DNA of 32,000 nt. Source: Pirellula staleyi DSM 6068 (GTDB lineage Bacteria; Planctomycetota; Planctomycetia; Pirellulales; Pirellulaceae). Positions within the stretch are counted from its first letter, which is position 1. Each line of letters opens with the position of its first letter. The translations under genes and the position numbers were made by a program. The stretch covers positions 300,001 to 332,000 of the forward strand of contig CP001848.1 in NCBI GenBank assembly GCA_000025185.1, given 5' to 3'. The notes below the pieces were generated by a model, which saw only the letters and a program-made list of their open reading frames with translations, was not told the origin of the DNA and searched no databases. This document shows positions 1 through 7,126 of this stretch, piece by piece.

Positions 1-903
1 CCCCTCCTCGTCGGCTTCCTTCAGATGTGCGGAACGATCGGCTGGCTCGGGATTCCCCTGAACCCAGCCAACATGATCGTGCTGCCGCTGCTCCTGGGCA
101 TCGGCGTCGACGATGGTGTGCACCTAGTGCACGAAATGCGACGTTCGCGAGGACGCTTCAAGCTAAGCAACTCCACCGCCGTCGCCGTCATCCTGACCAG
201 CACCACCACGATGGCCAGCTTCGGCAGCATGATCCTTGCGCGACACCGGGGTCTGCAAACCCTCGGACAGGTCCTCACCATTGGTGTACTCTGCTGCCTT
301 AGCATGTCTCTGTTGGCGTTTCCCGCACTGCTGACTTGGCTTACGCGGCACCGCGAAGAGCTCGACGAAGACGAAGAAGACATCCTGCAGCTGGCGCGCG
401 GCACCACGACACCACCAACCGACGTCGATGTGCCATCGATCCCCTCGACATTTGCCGTCCCCCCTGCCAAAAGCCCAACGCGCGTGATCGACGAGCCCCC
501 ACCAGTCGAGGAGCCTGCGCCGCAGCCGATGGTCGATGTGTCTCCGGCAGTGAAGCGTCCTCAGCGCACGGAAACTTTTTTCCAGACGACACTTACAGCA
601 CACCAAGCTCCTCCAGAATCGGCCCCAGAACCGGCCCTCGAAGAACCTCTCCCGGAAGAGATCGAGTCGCTGCTGGATTCGTTAACGCGAGGGGGAGCTT
701 CTGTCGACGATAGTAGTTCCCTGGAGTATGCCCAAGGGGACGGATCCAGCCAGCAGTACCTCCCGGAATCGTCGGTCGAACCGCTCGCCGACGAGTCGTC
801 GGATGGCATTTTGGGCCCTCGCCGGCTCATCACGCCCGCCAGACGTATTTTGCCAACCCGCCAGAGCCCTGGTGAAGGCGAAGCAAACCCCGACGAGGTC
901 TAG
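1..903 (+). CDS. RND/MMPL-superfamily exporter, C-terminal fragment (5' end outside window) with long acidic/Pro-rich tail
   Basis: Frame 1 is open from base 1 (PLLVGFLQ precedes the listed Met at 25). GIPLNPANMIVLPLLLGIGVDDGVHLVHEMRR plus two further hydrophobic helices resemble the last TM bundle of MMPL/RND transporters. The last ~170 aa are P/E/D/S-rich low complexity. Stop at 901-903. Confidence 0.6.
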   Translation, partial: PLLVGFLQMCGTIGWLGIPLNPANMIVLPLLLGIGVDDGVHLVHEMRRSRGRFKLSNSTAVAVILTSTTTMASFGSMILARHRGLQTLGQVLTIGVLCCLSMSLLAFPALLTWLTRHREELDEDEEDILQLARGTTTPPTDVDVPSIPSTFAVPPAKSPTRVIDEPPPVEEPAPQPMVDVSPAVKRPQRTETFFQTTLTAHQAPPESAPEPALEEPLPEEIESLLDSLTRGGASVDDSSSLEYAQGDGSSQQYLPESSVEPLADESSDGILGPRRLITPARRILPTRQSPGEGEANPDEV

Positions 904-993
904 CTTTAGATGCTCCTCTTGCTTCCCGCGCGACAAGGCTTCCCTAAGGTCGCTTGCCGTGGTAGCTTGATGAGTTCTACAAAACCCTAAAAC

Positions 994-1050
994 CTTCGCC
1001 GCAGGTCTCAGAAACAAGACTTACTCGGCGAAGTTACATCGTTTTTGTTT
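994..1050 (+). terminator. Compound hairpin plus T-rich tract between the RND gene and the small basic peptide gene (terminator or mRNA leader)
   Basis: CTTCGCCG (994-1001) pairs perfectly with CGGCGAAG (1026-1033). An inner 6-bp stem pairs AGGTCT (1003-1008) with AGACTT (1017-1022), including one G-U pair. GTTTTTGTTT lies at 1041-1050, but 8 nt after the stem, so this is not a textbook terminator. Confidence 0.25.
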
Positions 1051-1068
1051 CCCGAAAGAAGGTTCGTC

Positions 1069-1167
1069 ATGGCCAAGCCACATCGCTCGCACAAAAAAGC
1101 CAACCACGGCAAACGCCCTGCCAACGCCAAGGCGCGTCGCGCCAAACGACGTAAGGTCCGCACCTAA
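1069..1167 (+). CDS. 32-aa highly basic peptide, possible small ribosomal protein (bL37-like)
   Basis: Not in the ORF track because it is under 60 aa. ATG at 1069 with GAAGG ending 6 nt upstream, TAA at 1165-1167. Translation is MAKPHRSHKKANHGKRPANAKARRAKRRKVRT, and 17 of 32 residues are K/R/H. The only competing ORFs are poor-looking antisense frames. Confidence 0.5.
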   Translation: MAKPHRSHKKANHGKRPANAKARRAKRRKVRT

Positions 1168-1321
1168 TTCCGGTGTCCCTTCGTCCTGGCTCCAGCGTAA
1201 AACTGCGTCGCTCGTTTCCTCTCCTTGTTGCACTCACCGCTCCACAGGTTGATCCACAACTGCGCTCGTAACCACCACAACGTGGTTGTGCCAAAAGTGC
1301 CTGTCGGCAGGGAAAAAACAC

Positions 1322-1852
1322 GTGGCTGAGAAAGACTTTCTCGTCGATTTCACCCAACTCGACTTCGATAACCCCGTCGCCCGCATCGAGGACATCCGCA
1401 AGATCAATCCTCAGCGCCACGAGATGGAGCAGCTATCGGCGGTCGTTTGGATCGATCACGAAGAGATCGCCGCTGTTGGCTATAAAGACATCACCGCCAG
1501 CGACTTTTGGGTCCGTGGTCACATGCCCGGAATGCCCTTGATGCCAGGCGTCGTGATGCTCGAAGCCATTGCGCAGCTCTGCAGCTTCGTCACGCAGAAA
1601 CTCGACCTGCTGGGATGCGAGATGGTCGGCTTTGGTGGACTCGAAGAAGTCCGCTTTCGCGACCCTGTAGTTCCCGGCGATCGGCTGATCCTGATGTGCC
1701 GCAAGGACAAAGTCCGTCGCGGTCGCATGATCGTGTGCCGCTTCCAGGGAGCTGTCGGCGATCGAATCGTGCTCGAGGGGGTGCTCAAGGGTGTGCCGAT
1801 TCCGATCGAAGCCCTCACCAAATACCGCATTAAAGAAGAACCTCAAAGCTAG
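1322..1852 (+). CDS. FabZ/FabA-family (hot-dog fold) 3-hydroxyacyl-ACP dehydratase
   Basis: FWVRGHMPGMPLMPGVVMLEAIAQL matches the GHFP..P.MPGV...EA.AQ catalytic signature of FabZ. The ORF track starts at TTG 1286. I prefer GTG 1322 because AGGGA lies about 10 nt upstream, but the start is uncertain. Confidence 0.8.
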   Translation: MAEKDFLVDFTQLDFDNPVARIEDIRKINPQRHEMEQLSAVVWIDHEEIAAVGYKDITASDFWVRGHMPGMPLMPGVVMLEAIAQLCSFVTQKLDLLGCEMVGFGGLEEVRFRDPVVPGDRLILMCRKDKVRRGRMIVCRFQGAVGDRIVLEGVLKGVPIPIEALTKYRIKEEPQS

Positions 1853-1960
1853 TCGCTATGGGAAATAGCAGGCTGCCAAAGCCTCGTCCCGCAGGTTTCA
1901 TTTGAGATGCTGTGGTTGATACTTAGTGCATGAAATTCTGTGCGCCGGAGAAGAGACACC

Positions 1961-2824
1961 ATGGGCCGCCGCGCACTCCCGAAAATCAACCCGACGATCG
2001 ACTATAGCGCGTGGTTTATCGACGGTAAGCAGCTCCCCGACGACTGGAAGCTGGCTTCTCTCTTTGCGAAAGATCAGCCTCTCGAAATCGAAGTAGGGAC
2101 CGGTAAGGGACTCTTCATCAATTCCGAATCGGGCCGCGTTCCGACGCACAACTATCTCGGCATCGAGATCGCACAAAAGTACGCCCGCTTCTCCGCCTCT
2201 CGCCTCTGCACCAGTGGACGCACCAACGCCATCATGATGGCGGGCGATGCCACCGCGCTGTTCAAAAAGTTCGTCCCCGATCAATCGCTCGCGGCTGTCC
2301 ACGTCTACTTCCCCGACCCTTGGTGGAAGAAACGCCATCGACGTCGTCGGGTCCTCAATCCGCATTTCATGCGCGACATCGAGCGCACCTTGAAGATCGG
2401 CGGCACACTCCATTTCTGGACCGATGTGCAAGAGTATTTTGAATCGGCGCTCGCCGATCTCGCCACGTCGACCTATCTCGAAGGTCCATTTGAGGTAGCT
2501 GAAATCGCTCCCGAACACGACCTCGACTATCGGACCCATTTCGAGCGACGGAAGCGCCAACTCGACTTACCGATCTACCGCAGCGAGTTCCGCAAAGTGA
2601 AAGCCGAATGCTGCGCCGCGCCACTCGTTTCGCTCGAAGAGAGCGAAGGAATCGACGATCCTGGGATGAGTAGCGACGACTCCGCTATGCTCGATTTCGA
2701 AGGAGAGAGTCAGCTGGAGTACGACGCCACGACGATCGACTCCACCGACATCGACGACGACAATGACGGTCCCAATCACATCACTAGTGACGACCGCTCG
2801 CGCCGCGACACCCTCGACGATTAA
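1961..2824 (+). CDS. trmB: tRNA (guanine-N7)-methyltransferase TrmB with an acidic C-terminal extension
   Basis: EIEVGTGKG SAM-binding motif and VHVYFPDPWWKKRHRRRRV, the TrmB hallmark FPDPW.KKRH.KRR. The track ORF starts at GTG 1940. ATG 1961 has GGAGAAG upstream and is preferred. Confidence 0.9.
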   Translation: MGRRALPKINPTIDYSAWFIDGKQLPDDWKLASLFAKDQPLEIEVGTGKGLFINSESGRVPTHNYLGIEIAQKYARFSASRLCTSGRTNAIMMAGDATALFKKFVPDQSLAAVHVYFPDPWWKKRHRRRRVLNPHFMRDIERTLKIGGTLHFWTDVQEYFESALADLATSTYLEGPFEVAEIAPEHDLDYRTHFERRKRQLDLPIYRSEFRKVKAECCAAPLVSLEESEGIDDPGMSSDDSAMLDFEGESQLEYDATTIDSTDIDDDNDGPNHITSDDRSRRDTLDD

Positions 2825-2864
2825 TCCCTCCGCTTTCGTCGTTCTTTATGCTGAAGCTTCGTAG

Positions 2865-2885
2865 GTCGGCTACCCCGTAGCCGAC
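2865..2885 (+). terminator. Perfect 9-bp GC-rich hairpin 40 nt after the trmB stop
   Basis: GTCGGCTAC (2865-2873), loop CCC, GTAGCCGAC (2877-2885). No U-tract follows, so the terminator function is tentative. Confidence 0.3.
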
Positions 2886-3011
2886 ACCGGGCCAGCACTT
2901 CGATTCTGCAGCACTATCCGATTGGCTTGCCCACTCTGATTGTCACGTTGATCGACTTGGACAACCGTCGCCCGCGCACGCCACGACTGGTTCGTCAATC
3001 AAACGTATCAC

Positions 3012-3202
3012 CACAGAGGACACGAGGAGCACGAAGAGAAAAAGTGCCCACGGATGGATGTGGCAATTCCGCTAGAGGTGATTGAAGTTCAGCAGTGCCT
3101 ATCTTCAAAACCGGCTGCCGATATCCAAGCTGAAAGAAAATGCTGCTGCGATTCAGCTCCTGTTTTTTGGTTCCTATCTTCGTGCTCTTCGCGACCTTCG
3201 TG
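3012..3202. repeat. Imperfect inverted repeat pair, each arm built from three 9-bp-period units, flanking a ~139-bp core (MITE-like or structured-RNA element)
   Basis: Left arm is CACAGAGGA CACGAGGAG CACGAAGAG (3012-3038). Right arm is CTTCGTG ct CTTCGCG ac CTTCGTG (3178-3202). The reverse complement of the right arm matches the left at 21 of 26 positions by hand alignment, including a perfect AGCACGAAGA 10-mer. Confidence 0.5.
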
Positions 3203-3341
3203 GTTGCTTTCTCCCCGCGCGCGCCCCCACTCCATTCTTGTTGCGTTGATCGCCCTCAGAAATCATATTGCGCGTAGCAGAGCTCTTCTGTCATGATTCC
3301 GCCGGGCATCGGATCCCCATCGCTTGCTGTGAGTACCAACC

Positions 3342-4112
3342 ATGGCCGACAACCCTTATGAAGCTCCTGAGCACTACGCGCAAAAGCCCGCCAAGCCAGT
3401 GATGACAGCGGGAGCGATCGTGGTCAACGTACTGGTGATCGTGGGAATAGCTGGCATGTTGGTTGCCTTACTATTGCCAGCCACTCGAGGTGCTGGTGAA
3501 GCAGCACGTCGCATGGCCTGCAGCAACAATCTCAAAATGATTGGAATTGGACTGCTGAACTATCATGATACCTATGGCGAGTTTCCACCGGCATATACCG
3601 TGGATGACCAAGGGAAGCCGCTACATAGTTGGCGCACGCTGATTCTTCCTTTCATCGAGCAGAACAAGCTTTACGAATCGATCGACCTCACCAAACCTTG
3701 GGACGATCCCGTCAACAAGCTGGCGATGGAAACACAACTTCGCGTCTTCCAATGTCCGTCGTCATCTCTGAAGGGAAATCTCACCAGTTATCTAGCTGTC
3801 GTCACTTCGCAAAGTGCGTTGCGCCCTGTGGAGTCGAAGAGCATTGTCGAGATGCCCGATGGAACCGTTTTTACCTTGCTAGTGATGGAGTTTTCGCTCG
3901 ATAAAGCGGTGCCGTGGGGCTCGCCAGAGGACGCCAACGAAGCGATGGTACTGAATTTTGGTAGCGCACCGCTCATACCTCACAACAGCGTCGCTCATGC
4001 CTTACTCGCCGACGGATCGATTCGAGCGATCCCGAAGGCAACGAGCGTTTCTACACTCTCGGCGCTCATCACGATCGATGGGAATGAGGCCTTGGATTAC
4101 GACTCGTTCTAA
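3342..4112 (+). CDS. DUF1559 / H-X9-DG pseudopilin-like protein without a recognisable prepilin leader
   Basis: LLLPATRGAGEAARRMACSNNLKMIGIGLLNYHDTYGEFPP, LILPFIEQ, KPWDDPVN, FQCPSS, and C-terminal H-NSVAHALLA-DG (H-X9-DG). The N-terminus is MADNPYEAPEHYAQKPAKPV followed by one hydrophobic helix. No G-F-T-L-x-E is present. Confidence 0.85.
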   Translation: MADNPYEAPEHYAQKPAKPVMTAGAIVVNVLVIVGIAGMLVALLLPATRGAGEAARRMACSNNLKMIGIGLLNYHDTYGEFPPAYTVDDQGKPLHSWRTLILPFIEQNKLYESIDLTKPWDDPVNKLAMETQLRVFQCPSSSLKGNLTSYLAVVTSQSALRPVESKSIVEMPDGTVFTLLVMEFSLDKAVPWGSPEDANEAMVLNFGSAPLIPHNSVAHALLADGSIRAIPKATSVSTLSALITIDGNEALDYDSF

Positions 4113-4804
4113 GTGACAGCCGATGGTTGAACTCGGCCCGCACGATGCCAACGCCATAGCTCAAAGATTACGAGTGGCACCAGCCAGCTGATCCAAACCG
4201 AAGCGGGATAGATCCAGGTGGCATTGAATTCCCAAACGGTGGCGAGGCCGCCAAGGATACGAATAACAACGGCAGACAGCAGCAAGAGATAAGTGCGCTG
4301 CATCCAGTGCTGATGTTCTAAAAACTGACGCCGAATGGCAAAGCGCCAGCCGATGATCGTGCAAAGTGCGGTCGCAATGGCCAGCAGTGCGAGCCCCACC
4401 GCAGCGATGGTGCCCGTGGCTGCATACCACGACATCCAGAGCCCGCTAGGTGTGAGCAGCAGCAAGATGTTGGCGACTTGCACTCGACCAAGCCAGCGGT
4501 GCCACGTTGGAAAGTGGCAGCGAAGCGTTGTGCTTACGAGCAGCAGCGTGAGCACCAGCGAAAGAGGACCGGCGAGCAGGTGCACGTAGAAGGCGATGCC
4601 ATAGGCGCCCCAGAAATAGGCTTCGCGCCCCAGCAGAAAATCGGCATCGAAGTTCGGTGGCAGATAATCGACGTAACCCAGCACCACACTCGCCGTCGTC
4701 TTCAGCACCAGTGCGCCAATCGCCAACATCAGAAGTCGAATTGCGAACACTGTAGGGAAGTTGGCCGACAACATCAGCTGGTCATGTTCTGCTGACGCTA
4801 TCAA
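4109..4804 (-). CDS. Polytopic integral membrane protein, possibly DUF2306-like
   Basis: About six hydrophobic helices. The segment HLLAGPLSLV...TWHRWLGRVQV resembles the H..GP...R...HR..GR pattern of DUF2306, but the family call is weak. Its stop codon overlaps the stop of the convergent 3342-4112 gene. Confidence 0.65.
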   Translation of the reverse strand: MIASAEHDQLMLSANFPTVFAIRLLMLAIGALVLKTTASVVLGYVDYLPPNFDADFLLGREAYFWGAYGIAFYVHLLAGPLSLVLTLLLVSTTLRCHFPTWHRWLGRVQVANILLLLTPSGLWMSWYAATGTIAAVGLALLAIATALCTIIGWRFAIRRQFLEHQHWMQRTYLLLLSAVVIRILGGLATVWEFNATWIYPASVWISWLVPLVIFELWRWHRAGRVQPSAVT

Positions 4805-4844
4805 CCTGCCGTGTTATAGCGTCAGCCTTAACGACGATTGGCAA

Positions 4845-5303
4845 TTAGAAGCCGAGTTGGTCGAAGGTTTTATCCATCACGACCTTACGCTTCCCTTTTT
4901 CGGCTTGGTCGAACTTACCCCAGTCGCCACCAACACCCTTGTAGAGTGTCTTCACGCCGGAATCGAGTCCCTTGATGAGCTTGTCGATCTGCTCGCGCCA
5001 AGACTCGATCTCGGAGGCGAGCTCTTTCTTTTCGTTTGCCTTCAGATCGCCATCGTCGATGTCGTCGAGATGCTTGGTTGTTACGAACTTATCAAAGGCC
5101 TCGTCGAGCTTCTTGAGAGCGTCTTGATATTTTAGGAGGTCTTCGGCGAGGTAAGTATCGGCAAACTTATCGCGTGCTTTGACCGCTGCCGAGATGTACT
5201 TACCCACCGAGGCGTCGGCCTTCTTGAAGAAGCCACTGCTCTTGATGCCAGCATTGCTTTTGAGTTTCTTCCACAGCTTCTTGTCGAGATCGTCGAGATT
5301 CAT
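4845..5303 (-). CDS. Hypothetical K/D/E-rich, predicted all-helical soluble protein
   Basis: The open frame has coding-like codon usage. ATG 5303 (MNLDDLDKKLWKK...) is preceded by AGAGGGA. The track ORF extends to 5330. I recognise no family motif. Confidence 0.6.
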   Translation of the reverse strand: MNLDDLDKKLWKKLKSNAGIKSSGFFKKADASVGKYISAAVKARDKFADTYLAEDLLKYQDALKKLDEAFDKFVTTKHLDDIDDGDLKANEKKELASEIESWREQIDKLIKGLDSGVKTLYKGVGGDWGKFDQAEKGKRKVVMDKTFDQLGF

Positions 5304-5407
5304 GGTCACTATCCCTCTGGTAATCAGCAATCAGCAGCTGCGTCCATTTTCCAACTGTTTCGCAGATGGCTGAATGTTTGGTGCCAATATTTCGCCAGGC
5401 GCGCATG

Positions 5408-5436
5408 ATTATTGGCGACTCGGAAGAAAAAAGCAA
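5408..5436 (-). promoter_or_regulatory. Sigma70-like promoter candidate for the 4845-5303 / 4109-4804 genes
   Basis: The minus strand reads TTGCTT (5436-5431), a 17-nt spacer, then AATAAT (5413-5408), about 100 nt upstream of ATG 5303. The planctomycete promoter consensus is poorly known. Confidence 0.25.
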
Positions 5437-5516
5437 AAAATGTCTCGCAAAAGATAGTGCGAGAGCTCTGCCGCTGGCTCGAGAGGAGTTGGCAGCGGTC
5501 CCTTAAGAAGAGGGCT

Positions 5517-5539
5517 CACTGCTGGACAAGCCAGCAGTG
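5517..5539 (-). terminator. Hairpin downstream of the DUF1553-DUF1501 gene pair
   Basis: Perfect 9-bp stem CACTGCTGG (5517-5525) / CCAGCAGTG (5531-5539) with a 5-nt loop, 55 nt after the DUF1501 stop. The minus-strand RNA continues AGCCCUCUUCUU, which is moderately U-rich. Confidence 0.4.
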
Positions 5540-5593
5540 GCACCCCCAGAAAGACATAGCATCGACGATGCACCAGCACGAGTCGATCGATTG

Positions 5594-6994
5594 CTAGGCG
5601 ATGATCTTGGTGGCGATGTTGCCGTGGACATCGGTGAGACGGAAATCGCGACCGCTGTAGCGGTAGGTCAGCCGCGTGTGGTCGAGCCCCATCAAGTGCA
5701 GCATCGTGGCATGGAGATCGTGGATGTGCATTTTGTCGTCAGTAGCGGCGATACCGTGCTCGTCGGTCGCACCGTAACGCAGGCCACCTTTCACACCACC
5801 ACCAGCCATCCACATCGAAAAGCCGGTTGCGTTGTGGTCGCGTCCGTCGTCGTTTTGTGCATGCGGCGTGCGGCCAAACTCGCCACCCCAAACGACCAGC
5901 GTATCTTTGAGCATGTCGCGACGTTTCAAGTCTTCCAGCAGCGCGTGCATCGGCTGATCGATCGCGGTGCAGTTGGCTGTGAGCCGCGTGCGAAGTCCGT
6001 TGTGCTGATCCCAACCTGGATGCGAGAGTTCAACGAACCGGACCCCTGCTTCGCAGAAGCGACGAGCGAGCAAACATTGTCGCGCGAAGTTGTCGGTCGC
6101 TTTGTTACCGATACCATACATGTCGAGCGTTTCTTGCGATTCGTCGTCGATTTCCATCAGCTTTGGAACAGCCGACTGCATGCGAAACGCGAGTTCATAC
6201 GACTCGATAATCCCCTCGAGTTGCGGATTCACCGTGTCGCCTGAGAGGCGTTCGCGATTGATCGCTTGGACGAGGTCGAGTTGCTTGCGCTGCTGTTCGC
6301 GCGAGAGTCCGCGGCTGGCAATGTTCGGAATGGTTGCCTTGGCGAGCGATTCCCCTTCACCACCGATGCGCGTCCCTTGATAGGCGGCTGGCAGGAAGGA
6401 ACTACCGTAGTTCTGCGCACCACCGATGCGCGAGACGGGATTAAGCGTGATGAAACCAGGAAGCTCTTGGTTCTCGGTACCGAGTCCGTAGAGCACCCAC
6501 GCACCGACGCTCGGCCGCACGAACTGAAAACTGCCGGTGTGCATTTGCACGGCTGCTTGCGGATGGTTCGGCAGATCGGTGTGCAGACCGTTGAGGATGC
6601 AGAGATCGTCGGCGTTTTTGGCGAGATTCGGGAAGAGCTCGGAGATCGGCAGTCCGCTGCTGCCCGCTGGTGTGAACTTGAAGGGGGACTTCATCAGCTT
6701 GCGGCTTTTGCCCCCCTTGGCACCGACAGCGCCGGGAGATTTTCCGTCATCTTTTTCGAGCGCCGGTTTGTAGTCGAACATGTCGACGTGCGAAGGTCCT
6801 CCCTGCATGAACAGGAAGATCACTCGTTTTGCTTTGGGCTCGAAATGAGGCTGTTTGGGAAGAAGCGGATTCGCGTCGGCCTGTGTAGCACGCGCGAGAT
6901 TTGCTTCAGCCATTAAGCTACTGAGTGCGAGATATCCAAATCCGCAAGCGGAGGTGCGGAGCATGTCGCGACGAGTGAGAGGGGTGTCGAACAT
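5594..6994 (-). CDS. DUF1501 domain protein (sulfatase-like fold, Tat signal)
   Basis: Twin-arginine leader MFDTPLTRRDMLRTSACGFGYLAL. Characteristic motifs GGPSHVDMFD, HPGWDQHN, WGGEFGRTP and DGRDHN. Sits in the standard position downstream of a DUF1553 gene. Confidence 0.9.
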   Translation of the reverse strand: MFDTPLTRRDMLRTSACGFGYLALSSLMAEANLARATQADANPLLPKQPHFEPKAKRVIFLFMQGGPSHVDMFDYKPALEKDDGKSPGAVGAKGGKSRKLMKSPFKFTPAGSSGLPISELFPNLAKNADDLCILNGLHTDLPNHPQAAVQMHTGSFQFVRPSVGAWVLYGLGTENQELPGFITLNPVSRIGGAQNYGSSFLPAAYQGTRIGGEGESLAKATIPNIASRGLSREQQRKQLDLVQAINRERLSGDTVNPQLEGIIESYELAFRMQSAVPKLMEIDDESQETLDMYGIGNKATDNFARQCLLARRFCEAGVRFVELSHPGWDQHNGLRTRLTANCTAIDQPMHALLEDLKRRDMLKDTLVVWGGEFGRTPHAQNDDGRDHNATGFSMWMAGGGVKGGLRYGATDEHGIAATDDKMHIHDLHATMLHLMGLDHTRLTYRYSGRDFRLTDVHGNIATKIIA

Positions 6995-7126
6995 TGCAAA
7001 CTTCCTTGCGCGAAACCAAGTTCGCTAGCAAACTGACCTACGGAAAAAATCGAGAGAATAACGGGATATAAGAACAACGCATGAGTGCAGTGAGAGGTAC
7101 TCACCACACTCACAAAGATTGCTTGT

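Noticed and set aside
2862-2871. The 10-mer TAGGTCGGCT occurs both here (part of the trmB-distal hairpin) and at 23729-23738
   Set aside because: Only 10 nt are shared, and the second copy lacks the inverted partner. This is too short to call a dispersed repeat without a genome-wide count.
3054-3296. An 80-aa ORF (MDVAIPLEV...CCCDSAPVFWFLSSCSS...) in the 517-bp gap
   Set aside because: It has no SD, is Cys/Ser-rich low complexity, and runs straight through the hairpin/T-run and the right inverted-repeat arm. It is more likely non-coding sequence.
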